Of a stretch of DNA of 64,000 nt, positions 1 to 9,214 are shown piece by piece (the first letter of the stretch is position 1; each line of letters opens with the position of its first letter). The position numbers and the translations under genes were made by a program. Below the pieces are notes generated by a model that saw only the letters and a list, made by a program, of their open reading frames with translations, did no database searches and was not told where the DNA came from. Source of the stretch: an uncultured delta proteobacterium. GTDB taxonomy: Bacteria > Myxococcota_A > Polyangia > Polyangiales > Polyangiaceae. The DNA lies in assembly GCA_963841435.1 (NCBI GenBank), contig CAWJCS010000003.1:352001-416000 (forward strand), given 5' to 3'.

Positions 1-681
1 CTCCGCGCACTCGTGGGTGACGACAGCGTCGATACGGACGCTTCGCCGCTCGAGCCGCTCGCCTTCCAGGCTCAGTCGCCGAAAAGCTACGTCGAGCGCG
101 CCGGACTCAAGCGTCCCGAGCTCAGAGCCGCGCGCGAGGGCGTCTCCGCGCTCGAGGGCCTGAAGCGCGCCGAAGAGGCTCGCTGGCTGCCCGATTTCTT
201 TCTCGCCGCGGGATTCAACTGGGCTGCGGCCCAGGGCGTGGACGACACGCCGTCGGCGTTCGCGAACGATCCCTTCAACACTCGGACCGCGCAGGCGGGG
301 CTCGCGATGCGCTGGACCCTCGAGCCCGCTGCGCAGGCGGCGCGCGTCGACCGCGCACGCGCCGAGCTCGACCGCGGGCGGGCGCTGCTCGCGGCCGCCG
401 GCCGGGCCGGCACCTTCGCCGTGCTCCAGGCGCACACGCGCGCCGTGGAAGCCCACACCCGCCTGGAGGCGGCGCGCGACGGGGAGCGAAGCGCTCGTGG
501 CTGGGTGGCCTCCGTGCTGCAGGCCGACGCGATCGGCACGGCGTCGGCCAAGGATCTGGCGGACGCCTACCTCGCCTATTTCACCTTGCACGGGCGCGCC
601 CTGCAGAGCACGTACGACTTCAACGTGGCCGTCGTGGCACTCCGTAGCGCGATCGGCGAATCTCCGCTACCACCCCACTGA
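1..681 (+). CDS. TolC-family outer membrane efflux protein, 5'-truncated by window edge
   Basis: Helical OEP-like pattern (RPELRAAREG...ARWLPDFFL...YLAYF...YDFNVAVVALRSAIG); stop TGA at 679-681. Confidence 0.7.
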   Translation, partial: LRALVGDDSVDTDASPLEPLAFQAQSPKSYVERAGLKRPELRAAREGVSALEGLKRAEEARWLPDFFLAAGFNWAAAQGVDDTPSAFANDPFNTRTAQAGLAMRWTLEPAAQAARVDRARAELDRGRALLAAAGRAGTFAVLQAHTRAVEAHTRLEAARDGERSARGWVASVLQADAIGTASAKDLADAYLAYFTLHGRALQSTYDFNVAVVALRSAIGESPLPPH

Positions 682-691
682 GGTTTCGATC

Positions 692-1297
692 ATGCGCTGG
701 TTTCATCTCTTCTCGATCGCGCTCTTCGTTCTCGGGCTCGCCACCGGCGCGGCCGCCGCGGAAGGACCCGGCACGACCACGGTCCGCCAGGCGAACGCGA
801 CGCTCACGGCGCTCTTGAAGAAGAAGGCCTCACCGGGCAGCGCGGACGAGACGCACCTCGCCACGGAGGTCACCGAAAAGCTGCAGAGCTTCCTCGACGT
901 TGACGAGCTGGGACGTTGCGCGCTCGCCGACCACTGGAACGACCTCGACGCGGGCCAGCGCGGGGAGTTCACGAAGCTCTTGCGCGAGATCGTCCAGAAG
1001 AGCTACCTGCGCGCGCTGCGTGCGCGGATCGAATACGGCGTGCTCTACGACGGCGAGAAGACCGAGGGCGATCACCTGCTCGTCCGCACCCGCGTGCGCA
1101 TCGACAGGCAGGGCACGCGGCAGGAGATCGGGGTCGACTACCTGCTCCGGCGCGATGGCGGTCACCTGCGCGTCTTCGACCTCGTCACGGACGGCGTCGG
1201 GCTCGTGGAAAACTATCGCGCCGAGTTCAACAAGGTGATCAAACGCGAGGGTTTCGAGGGGTTGCTCGCTCGCATGAAGAAGAAGGTCGAAGGCTGA
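692..1297 (+). CDS. MlaC/Ttg2D-like phospholipid-binding periplasmic protein
   Basis: Signal peptide MRWFHLFSIALFVLGLATGAAAA; motifs LADHWNDL...QRGEF and RVFDLVTDGVGLVENYRAEF; ATG at 692 after GAGG. Confidence 0.8.
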   Translation: MRWFHLFSIALFVLGLATGAAAAEGPGTTTVRQANATLTALLKKKASPGSADETHLATEVTEKLQSFLDVDELGRCALADHWNDLDAGQRGEFTKLLREIVQKSYLRALRARIEYGVLYDGEKTEGDHLLVRTRVRIDRQGTRQEIGVDYLLRRDGGHLRVFDLVTDGVGLVENYRAEFNKVIKREGFEGLLARMKKKVEG

Positions 1298-1516
1298 GCG
1301 CGTTCGGCGCACCCACCGCACCGCCCGGCTCGTCCCAGCCGTGCCGAGATGTTGGAATACTTCGGTGTCATTCGAATTTTTCGGACCCAGCACCGGCGGG
1401 ATGCTCTCCGGGAATTGATGGTGTGCGGCGCGCCACGCCGTCAAAGTCTAGGATCACCGCCGGGCGAGCTTCCGTCCGGAACTGCCTTCCGGGAAAAGCC
1501 CCCGCAGGACTACCCC

Positions 1517-3082
1517 ATGAGAGTTCATAGCAGCATCGCACGAGCACTCTTGCTGACGAGTTTGCTGGCTGCTTGCGCGGCTCTCACGGGCTGCAGCCAG
1601 TCGAGCCCGGAGGACAAGACCCCCAGCGGGGGACAGGGAGGCTCGAGCGGCGCCGGACAAGGCGGCTCGAGCGGGACCGCCGCAGGGACGGCTGGAGCCA
1701 GCGGCTCGGAGGCCCTCGGCGGCTCGGCGGGCCTTGGCGGCGGGGGCGCTGGCGGGACGGCCGGAACCGCAGGCGCTAGCGGCGCCAACGTCGGCGGCGC
1801 GTCAGGCCTCGGTGGCACCTCGGGCGATGCTGGCGCGGGCGCCGGGGGCGTCGCGGGCGACGCGGGCAGCGCCGGTGCGGGTGCAGGTGCAGGTGCTGGC
1901 ACAGGCGGTGTCGCGGGTGACGCGAACGGCGGCGCCTCGGGGCTCGGCGGCGCGGGGGCGGGCAGCGGCGGTGACGCGGGCGGTGGCGCCGGCGGATCGG
2001 CGGGCGCGATGGGCAGCTGCGTTCCCATCACCGATTTCGAAACCTGGCCCGCGGGCGACGGCCCGCTCGACGTAGGCAAGCTCGCGACCACCGACTTCAA
2101 GACGCACACGAACGATACCTACGGGGGCGCGGGCTACTCCCTCGCGCTGAGCTGGTACGGCGCGCTTCTGTTCACCCAGACGACGGGCGACACGCAGAAC
2201 AACACGAGCCTCATCACGGCGTTCGAGCCGTACGCCACCGGGACGAAGACCGTCAACAACTCGGCGTCGGCGTCGGTCGATTACCGAGTGTTCGGCGTGC
2301 TGCCGCTCGAGATCTTCCTCGAGAACGACGACATGCGTTGCAAGACGCTCGGCCTGGCGCGCGCGGACGCACAGTGGGTGAACACCACCTCGGACGGCAT
2401 CACGACCGACGCGCGCTACTGGATCGACGACATGTACATGATCACCGGGCTGCAGGTGATGGCCTACCGCGCGACGAAGGACATGAAGTACCTCGACCGT
2501 GCCGCGAAGACGATGCTCGCCTACCATGCGCGCCTGCAGCAGTCGGACGGCCTTTTCTGGCACACGGAAACGTCGAAAGCCTACTGGGGTCGCGCCAACG
2601 GCTGGGTGGCCGCCGGCATGACCCAGCTCTTGCTCGAGCTCCCCGCGGGCACACAGCGCGATCAGGTGATGGCAGGCTACAAGAAGCAGATGGACGGCCT
2701 GCTTCCGCTCCAGGTCAGCGGCGGCGGCGACGACGGCTGCTGGCGGCAGGTGCTCGACCTGAGCTCCGCCCAGGCCGAGAGCTCCTGCACGGCGATGTTC
2801 ACCTACGCGCTCACCGTCGGCGCGAAGAACGGCTGGCTCACGGACCCGAAGTACGCCGCTGCGGCGCGCAAGGGTTGGCTCGCGCTCGCCGCCAAAACGA
2901 ACAACGCGGGCAAGCTCGACAAGGTCTGCCCCGGCACGGGCGCGGCGCCCGCGGGGAGCCTGTCGTCACAGCAGCAGTTCTACGCGCAGATCTCGCTCGG
3001 GCTCGGCGACCTCCACGGTCAGGCGCCGCTGCTCTGGGCCGCCAACGCGCTGCTCACCAACGACTGCCAGGGCGTGCGCTGA
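1517..3082 (+). CDS. Lipoprotein with Gly-rich linker and GH88/GH105 unsaturated glucuronyl/rhamnogalacturonyl hydrolase domain
   Basis: Lipobox LTGC, Gly-rich linker, then WIDDMYM, GLFWH, WGRANGW and ESSCTAMFTYAL motifs. Confidence 0.85.
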   Translation: MRVHSSIARALLLTSLLAACAALTGCSQSSPEDKTPSGGQGGSSGAGQGGSSGTAAGTAGASGSEALGGSAGLGGGGAGGTAGTAGASGANVGGASGLGGTSGDAGAGAGGVAGDAGSAGAGAGAGAGTGGVAGDANGGASGLGGAGAGSGGDAGGGAGGSAGAMGSCVPITDFETWPAGDGPLDVGKLATTDFKTHTNDTYGGAGYSLALSWYGALLFTQTTGDTQNNTSLITAFEPYATGTKTVNNSASASVDYRVFGVLPLEIFLENDDMRCKTLGLARADAQWVNTTSDGITTDARYWIDDMYMITGLQVMAYRATKDMKYLDRAAKTMLAYHARLQQSDGLFWHTETSKAYWGRANGWVAAGMTQLLLELPAGTQRDQVMAGYKKQMDGLLPLQVSGGGDDGCWRQVLDLSSAQAESSCTAMFTYALTVGAKNGWLTDPKYAAAARKGWLALAAKTNNAGKLDKVCPGTGAAPAGSLSSQQQFYAQISLGLGDLHGQAPLLWAANALLTNDCQGVR

Positions 3083-3084
3083 GC

Positions 3085-3606
3085 TCACCGAGGGCCGCTG
3101 CCGCCCGGAACCTCGGCAGCGAGGGCGGCGATCACGCCCGCGAAGCTTGCCTGGTTCTCTTCACTGAGCTCGGCCAGATCGCGATGAGCCTGCAACATGA
3201 GGCGCCCGAGGTCCCCCGGCAGCACCGCGCGCGCGTCGATCGGCACCTCGCGCAGCTCCGGCCACTCGTCGAGCGGCCACTCGGCGACGAGCATGAACAG
3301 CCGGTCGAACGCCGCTGAACGCAAGCAAATCGTGACGTCTTCGTCGTCGCAGACGAGCACGGCGCGGCGCCCGTGCTCGAGGGTCCGGCGGCCGAGCCGC
3401 GCTAGCAGTCCCATGCCGGTGCTGTCGATAGCGCCGACGGCGGTCAGATCGACGACCACGGTGCGACCCGGCGTCGCGACGTCCACCCCATCGAAGAAAG
3501 CGCGCAGGGGCGCCGCCGCCGCGTACTCGACGCGACCCCGGAGCACGACGACCGCAGCGTCCAGCGTTTGCCCGTAAAAGGCCTCAGGCGGCGCTTTCGT
3601 GTCCAT
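3085..3606 (-). CDS. STAS-domain anti-sigma-factor antagonist
   Basis: VVVDLTAVGAIDSTGMGLL motif with the phosphorylatable Ser; overlaps the end of the upstream phosphatase gene. Confidence 0.85.
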   Translation of the reverse strand: MDTKAPPEAFYGQTLDAAVVVLRGRVEYAAAAPLRAFFDGVDVATPGRTVVVDLTAVGAIDSTGMGLLARLGRRTLEHGRRAVLVCDDEDVTICLRSAAFDRLFMLVAEWPLDEWPELREVPIDARAVLPGDLGRLMLQAHRDLAELSEENQASFAGVIAALAAEVPGGSGPR

Positions 3607-4795
3607 GTCCGTGTTCGTCTCCTCGCTGGATGATGAGCAAGGCGACGTCGTCGGGCAGCGTCGCCGAGGTGCCGAGGTGCAAGTCCTCGCGTGCAGCCTC
3701 GACGCTCACGTGGGGTCTGCCGAAGTAGTCGCGCAAGAAAGCGAGCTTGTCCTTGATCGTGGGCTGGGGCAGCAGAGCGAGTAACCCGTCGGAGAACAGC
3801 GAGAGACGATGCCCGGCCCCGAGCTCCACCCGATGCTCCTCGTAGCGTGTGCCTGCGAGCATGCCGACGGGCACGCTGGGGTGCTCGAGCACGCGTGTCT
3901 CCCGGCCGTCGAAGAGCACCGGCCAGGGGAAGTGGCCGGCAGTCGAATACCTGAGCGAATCCCGCTCGAGGTCGACGACCCCGTAGAAAATCGTGAGATG
4001 CTTGCCGAGATCGTCGCGTGCTATGTCGTCGTTGAGGCGCATGAGCAGGCGCGACGGCGACAGAATCATCGAGTCTCCCGTGCGCTCGTAGCTCGCGAGC
4101 TGCCGCTGCACGAAGGTGCGCAGGAGCACGGTCACGAGCGCCGAGGCCACACCGTGGCCCGCGACGTCGGCCAAGTAGAAGCCGAAGTGCTCCTGGTCGA
4201 TGCGGAACGCGTCGATGAAATCGCCGCTCAAGAACTGGGACGGCATGAGCTCGCGCGTGAGGAGGTAGTGACCGAAATGCAGGTTGTTCTTCGGCAGCAT
4301 GCGAAACTGGAGCTGCCGCCCGGCGGCCTCGTCCTCCGCGAGCAGCCTGAGCCCTGCCCGCAACTGCTGGTTTAGCTCCTCGAGCTCCTGCCGGTAACGC
4401 CGGTTTTCACGCAAGAGCGCGACGCGCTCGAGGGCCCTCACGACGGCGTGCTCGAGGGCGTCGGAGTCGACGGGTTTCGTGATGTAATCCCAGGCACCGA
4501 GCTTGAGCGCGCCAATCGCGTCCTGGAGCACGCCGGCACCCGACATGACGACGACAGGCAGCTCGGGCGCCTCGCGTCTCACGACGGAAAGGAGCTCGAG
4601 CCCGTCGAGGCGCGGCATCCTGATGTCGCAGAGCACGAGATCCGGAGCGTCGTGCCGGATCCTCTCGAGACCCTCGATGCCGTCGGTCGCTCGGAGCACG
4701 GTGAAGCCGAGCCGCTCGAGCTGGCGCGTCACGACTTTCTGCACCAGGTCCGTGTCGTCAATGACGACGATTCGTTCTGGTCGTGACGACGCCAT
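3584..4795 (-). CDS. Response regulator receiver + SpoIIE/PP2C phosphatase (RsbU-like)
   Basis: IVVIDD...DLVLCDIRMP...KP receiver; SGDFID, LADVAGHG, FSDGL and DDVAL PP2C motifs; ATG at 4795. Confidence 0.88.
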   Translation of the reverse strand: MASSRPERIVVIDDTDLVQKVVTRQLERLGFTVLRATDGIEGLERIRHDAPDLVLCDIRMPRLDGLELLSVVRREAPELPVVVMSGAGVLQDAIGALKLGAWDYITKPVDSDALEHAVVRALERVALLRENRRYRQELEELNQQLRAGLRLLAEDEAAGRQLQFRMLPKNNLHFGHYLLTRELMPSQFLSGDFIDAFRIDQEHFGFYLADVAGHGVASALVTVLLRTFVQRQLASYERTGDSMILSPSRLLMRLNDDIARDDLGKHLTIFYGVVDLERDSLRYSTAGHFPWPVLFDGRETRVLEHPSVPVGMLAGTRYEEHRVELGAGHRLSLFSDGLLALLPQPTIKDKLAFLRDYFGRPHVSVEAAREDLHLGTSATLPDDVALLIIQRGDEHGHGHESAA

Positions 4796-5078
4796 CGATT
4801 CCCTCTGTCTGCGCCGCCGGGCCCGCCGCCCGACAACGCGACCGGAGAGTACGACCGCCCGCCCCGAGAATCCAGCCAAGGGCCAGAGCGGCCCGAACGG
4901 CGCAAAAGACGGCGTCGTTCGAGTCACGCGATGCACGCCGCGGGCAGCCCACGGCCTGGGCCCGGTACCCGGGCGCGTGCGAACCCCGCGCTTGCTACGT
5001 TGCCCGTGAGCGACCAGAGCTCGGCGGCTGGGCCTCAGCGAGCGGACTCGTCGCGCAGCGGGACGCGCTCGATGACGG

Positions 5079-5462
5079 GTGCTGCCCGCTCCGCACCAGG
5101 CTCCTCGAGCTTGCGAACCAACGCCCCGGGGCGCCACACGGTCGTGCGGCCTCACGTCCGGGCCGCGCTCGAGCCAGCAGGCGCAGGGAGTCGTGCTCCG
5201 CGTCGAGGGGGGTGGGGCGTCGATCTCGATTGTTCCCGGCGAACCGGACCTCTCCGCCGCGGCGGCCGACGTCATCGGGCGTGAGTGGGTCGCGAGCCTG
5301 GGCACGCTCTGGACACGTGAGCCGGGCGAGAGCGGCACCTTCAGCATTGCTTGGCAGGATCCGAGCTGGACCACGCCCTTCGTGAACCTCATGGCGGAGC
5401 CGGGCCTCGTGCTCGCCATGACTGCCGACGGCGGCATCGTCGAAGGCCGCGTCCCCGTCTGA
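5079..5462 (+). CDS. Hypothetical protein (start uncertain; only the C-terminal ~90 aa look protein-like)
   Basis: GC3-biased codons from about 5185 to the TGA at 5462; no recognisable motif. Confidence 0.35.
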   Translation: MLPAPHQAPRACEPTPRGATRSCGLTSGPRSSQQAQGVVLRVEGGGASISIVPGEPDLSAAAADVIGREWVASLGTLWTREPGESGTFSIAWQDPSWTTPFVNLMAEPGLVLAMTADGGIVEGRVPV

Positions 5463-5530
5463 GTCGGGGCCGGGAGCCGCCGAGCGCTTTGGTGAGCGAC
5501 GGGCTCGCCGGGCCGCTACCTTGCAGATGG

Positions 5531-7066
5531 ATGGTCTTGGGCTCTCATCCACTCCAGCGCGCCCCGGAGCGTCGGCTAGCCTTCGGGGTGCTGCTTTCGC
5601 TGGCAGCCTGCTCTCAAGGAGCCACCCCCAACGCGGGCGGCGGCACCGGCTCGGGTGGGACCTCGGCGGGTGCCTCCGGCGCGGGCGGCGCGCAGGCCGG
5701 CAACGGCGGAACGAGCGGGGCCGTGTCCGCGGGCGGAAGCAGCGGCACTCTCGCGGGAAAAGGCGGCGTTGAGAGCTCCTCCGGTGGCTCGAGCGGCGCC
5801 GGCGCGGGCGGCGATGCAGCTGGGAGCGCCGCGGGCGGTGAGCCAGCAGCTGGCGAAGCGGGGGTCGGCGTCGGTGGCGCCGACGGGGGAACGGCGGGCG
5901 AAGCCGGCGCCGGGGGACGCCCCCCAACGACCTTCGAGACAACGACGCTCTCGAGTGACCACGTCGCCGAGGGAGCGGCGATCGGCGACATCGACGGTGA
6001 CGGGACGCTCGATCTCGTGGCGGGCCCCGTCTGGTATCGCGGGCCCGCGTTCGAGGTGGGCGGCACGCTGTTCGCGCCCGTCCCCACCTTCACGCGCGAT
6101 CAGTACTCCACGTTCTTCCTCACGTTCACCGACGACGTCGACGGAGACGACCTGCTCGACGTGATCGGCATCGGCGACCCCGGCGGAGGCAACGGCTCGG
6201 GCAATCCGAACGCTTTCTGGTATCGAAATCCCGGCCCGTCGAACTTGGCATCGACGTGGGAGAAGCACGCGATCTTCGACGGTCTCGTGGCGAGCGAATC
6301 GCCCGCGCTCGCCGACGTGGTGGGCGACGCCACGAAAGAGCTCGTGTTCATGACCAACCAGCGACTCGGCTACGCCGAGCGGGGCTCGGACCCCACCGCT
6401 CCGTGGACGTTCCACGCGCTTTCCGACACGGCCTTCGGCACTCCGTACGTGCACGGCCTGGGCGTGGGGGACGTGAACGGCGACGGTCGTGCGGACGTGG
6501 TCGAGCGTAGCGGGTGGTGGGAACAGCCCACGAGCGGCAGCACCTGGACCAGGCACGCCGTCGACTTCGGCGCGCCGCTCGGCGGGTCGCGCCCGAGCAA
6601 CTGGGGCGGCGCACAAATTGCCATCTACGACGTCGACGGCGACGGCGACGCGGACATCGTGACGGCGCTCGCCGCGCACCGCTACGGGCTCTACTGGTTC
6701 GAGCAAGTCGACTCGGACACGTTCACGCCGCACGAGATCCTACCGCCGAGCGCCACCGAAACCAGCGTGAGCCAGCTCCACGCCCTCGCCGTCGCCGACC
6801 TCAACGGCGATGGCTTGCTCGATGTCGTCACGGGCAAGCGCTACTACGCGCATCCATCGACGAACGCCGATCCGGGCACCACCGAGCCGCCGCTCATCGA
6901 ATGGTTCGAGCTGTCGCGCGCGGGCGGCGTGACCTTCTCGCCGCACGTGATCCACGACGACAGCGGCGTCGGCTGCAATTTCACGATCCTCGACGTCACG
7001 GGCGACGCCAAACCCGACGTGTTCACGACCAACAAGCGCGGCACGTTCCTCCACGTCCAGCGCTGA
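5531..7066 (+). CDS. FG-GAP/VCBS-repeat beta-propeller lipoprotein
   Basis: Lipobox LAAC, Gly-rich linker, repeated DxDGDGxxD motifs (GDIDGDGTLD, GDVNGDGRAD, DVDGDGDAD, ADLNGDGLLD). Confidence 0.85.
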   Translation: MVLGSHPLQRAPERRLAFGVLLSLAACSQGATPNAGGGTGSGGTSAGASGAGGAQAGNGGTSGAVSAGGSSGTLAGKGGVESSSGGSSGAGAGGDAAGSAAGGEPAAGEAGVGVGGADGGTAGEAGAGGRPPTTFETTTLSSDHVAEGAAIGDIDGDGTLDLVAGPVWYRGPAFEVGGTLFAPVPTFTRDQYSTFFLTFTDDVDGDDLLDVIGIGDPGGGNGSGNPNAFWYRNPGPSNLASTWEKHAIFDGLVASESPALADVVGDATKELVFMTNQRLGYAERGSDPTAPWTFHALSDTAFGTPYVHGLGVGDVNGDGRADVVERSGWWEQPTSGSTWTRHAVDFGAPLGGSRPSNWGGAQIAIYDVDGDGDADIVTALAAHRYGLYWFEQVDSDTFTPHEILPPSATETSVSQLHALAVADLNGDGLLDVVTGKRYYAHPSTNADPGTTEPPLIEWFELSRAGGVTFSPHVIHDDSGVGCNFTILDVTGDAKPDVFTTNKRGTFLHVQR

Positions 7067-7091
7067 AAGCCGCTCGCCTATGGGCGCCGCG

Positions 7092-7769
7092 TCACTTCGG
7101 ATCGAACCGCACGTCGAACGCGACGCTCGCCGTCCCGCCGTCCGCCGCATCGAAGGCAGCGACCTGAACGCGCCGCTCGACGCAATCGGCAACCGCCTGC
7201 AGCCCGGGGCTCGCCGCTCCGGCCGTCGGCTTCACGGTCACGGACGAGACGTTCCCTTCCCGTGCGATCGCGGCGCTGACGCGCAGCGTGCCGGCGAGCG
7301 CCGGTTGGTCGCGTAGCGCGCGCTCGTAGCAGGCGCGAAAGCTCCCGCGCATGGCCAGAACGCTGCGTGCTGCGTCGGAAACGGCGCCGTGCGTCACCGA
7401 GACCGCGCCGATAGTCGCCGTTCCGCGCGGAGCTGCGGGTTGCACGGGCGGCGCGCCGTAGACCGCTGCCGAGGTGAACCGGGCGTCGAGGCGAGGCGCG
7501 CCCGAAGAGGACGGAGTGACGGCGGGAGGCTCGAAAGCGGAGCCCGACGGAGCGACCTCCGCGAGATCGTGAGCCCCTCGACGCTCGCAGCCTGCGACGC
7601 TGCCACCTGCGGCGGCTAGCGCGACGAGAGCCGCGAGACCCAAGCGTTCCCGGGGCGGCAGCGCGTCCGTCACGCGCCCGAGCGCGCTCGTGTCGCCACC
7701 GCAGAACGGGCAGCATGCCTCGTGGCGCCGCACGTGCCGGGAGCAGGTCGGGCAAGGGGAAAGCCTCAC
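7092..7769 (-). CDS. AgmX/PglI C-terminal-domain protein with N-terminal CxxC...CPFC motif
   Basis: GTG start; LSPCPTCSRHV...CCPFCG; TM segment; AAVYGAPP; FRACYERAL...LAGTLRV...VADCV pattern. Confidence 0.6.
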   Translation of the reverse strand: MRLSPCPTCSRHVRRHEACCPFCGGDTSALGRVTDALPPRERLGLAALVALAAAGGSVAGCERRGAHDLAEVAPSGSAFEPPAVTPSSSGAPRLDARFTSAAVYGAPPVQPAAPRGTATIGAVSVTHGAVSDAARSVLAMRGSFRACYERALRDQPALAGTLRVSAAIAREGNVSSVTVKPTAGAASPGLQAVADCVERRVQVAAFDAADGGTASVAFDVRFDPK

Positions 7770-7914
7770 CGAGGTCGAGGGTGCTACGCCGCCCGCGCGA
7801 TCGCAAGCACGCACGGAAAGCGGCCTGCCCAAGCGCCCGCGCCTCGCGTCTCGTGAAACGCGACGCACGCGTGATACTAGGATCGACTCCCCGGCGCCCG
7901 CCGCGCAGCCTCGC

Positions 7915-9156
7915 ATGGACAACGTCACGCACGCGCTCGCGGGATTGCTGATAGCCGAGGCCGTCGTCCTCGCGCTACCCGAGCGGCCCGCGCCCGCGGT
8001 CTGCCGCTACCTTTGGTTTGCGAGCGCGCTCTCCAACAACGTCCCGGATTTCGACTTTCTCTATCGCCGCATCACGCCGGGCAAGGTGGGCTACCTCCTC
8101 CACCATCGCGGGCACACGCACACGCTGCTCGTGGGCCTGGTGCTCGGTGTGCTCACCTTCGCGCTCGTCCTCGGGTTCGCTCGCGCGAGAAAGACGCCGC
8201 TATCGCGGCGCGAGCGCACGGCGCTCCTCGCCCTGTCGCTCGTCGGTCCGCTCGTCCACATCGCGATGGACGCGAGCAACAACTACGGGGTGCACCCCTT
8301 CTGGCCGCTGTACGACGGCTGGCTCTACGGCGACGTCGTGTTCATCGTGGAGCCCTGGTTCTGGGTGCTCGCCGTGCCCCCTCTCGCCTTCGCGGCGACT
8401 AGCCTCGTGGCGCGCGGCCTCTTCGCCGCCATCCTGCTCGGCGGCCTCGCGCTCGCCTGGCTCACCGGCTTCGCGGATCGACCGACGGCGCTCGTGCTCA
8501 CGCTCGCTAGCGCGGCCGTGACCTTCGGCGCCGCGCGGCTGGGCCAGCGGGGTCGGCTCGCGCTCGGGCTCGGGGGCTGCCTCGGCGTCGCGCTCGTCTT
8601 CGCGCTCGCGTCGATCCGGGCACGCGGCGTCGTCGCGGCAGCACTACGCGCCGACGCCTCGCGGAACGAGGTGATCGCCGACACCGTGCTCACGCCGGCT
8701 CCGGGCAACCCCATTTGCTGGAACGCGGTGATCATCGGCCGCCGCGGCGCCGACTACGAGCTCGCTGTCGCACGCGCCTCGCTCGTGCCCGGGCTCCTCG
8801 ATGCCGAGCGGTGCACGTTCGAGCGAACCGGAGTGACGCTCGGGCTCTCCCCACCCCATCGCAGGTCGTCGGCCAGCGTGCGGTGGGAAGGCGAGCACGT
8901 CGCGCCGCTCGCCGAGCTCAGGGCGTTCGCGCGGAACAACTGCCAGGCCGCCGCATTCTTGCGCTGGTCGCGGGCCCCCTTCTGGCTCGAGCGGAGCCAG
9001 GAGCTCTATCTCGGCGATCTACGCTACGACCGCAGCTCGGCGGCGGGTTTCGCCGAGCTCGGAGTGCCGCTCCACCCGAGAAAGTGCCCGAGCTGGGTGC
9101 CGCCCTGGCTGCCGCCACGCGCTGATCTGCTTTCGGACGCGAGCACCGAACCGTGA
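7915..9156 (+). CDS. Inner-membrane metal-dependent hydrolase (YdjM-like)
   Basis: MDNVTHAL, NNVPDFD, HHRGHTH, HIAMDASNNYGVHPFWP and DLRYD motifs. Confidence 0.85.
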   Translation: MDNVTHALAGLLIAEAVVLALPERPAPAVCRYLWFASALSNNVPDFDFLYRRITPGKVGYLLHHRGHTHTLLVGLVLGVLTFALVLGFARARKTPLSRRERTALLALSLVGPLVHIAMDASNNYGVHPFWPLYDGWLYGDVVFIVEPWFWVLAVPPLAFAATSLVARGLFAAILLGGLALAWLTGFADRPTALVLTLASAAVTFGAARLGQRGRLALGLGGCLGVALVFALASIRARGVVAAALRADASRNEVIADTVLTPAPGNPICWNAVIIGRRGADYELAVARASLVPGLLDAERCTFERTGVTLGLSPPHRRSSASVRWEGEHVAPLAELRAFARNNCQAAAFLRWSRAPFWLERSQELYLGDLRYDRSSAAGFAELGVPLHPRKCPSWVPPWLPPRADLLSDASTEP

Positions 9157-9214
9157 CGCCGCGAGCGGCTACGCGGTAGATCACGCTCGGGTGACGGACG
9201 CTCGCGCCCGCCCG

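Noticed and set aside
1620-2015. Gly-rich tracts (also near 5630-5915 and 14430-14615) as DNA repeats
   Set aside because: Low-complexity lipoprotein linkers without a regular repeat unit
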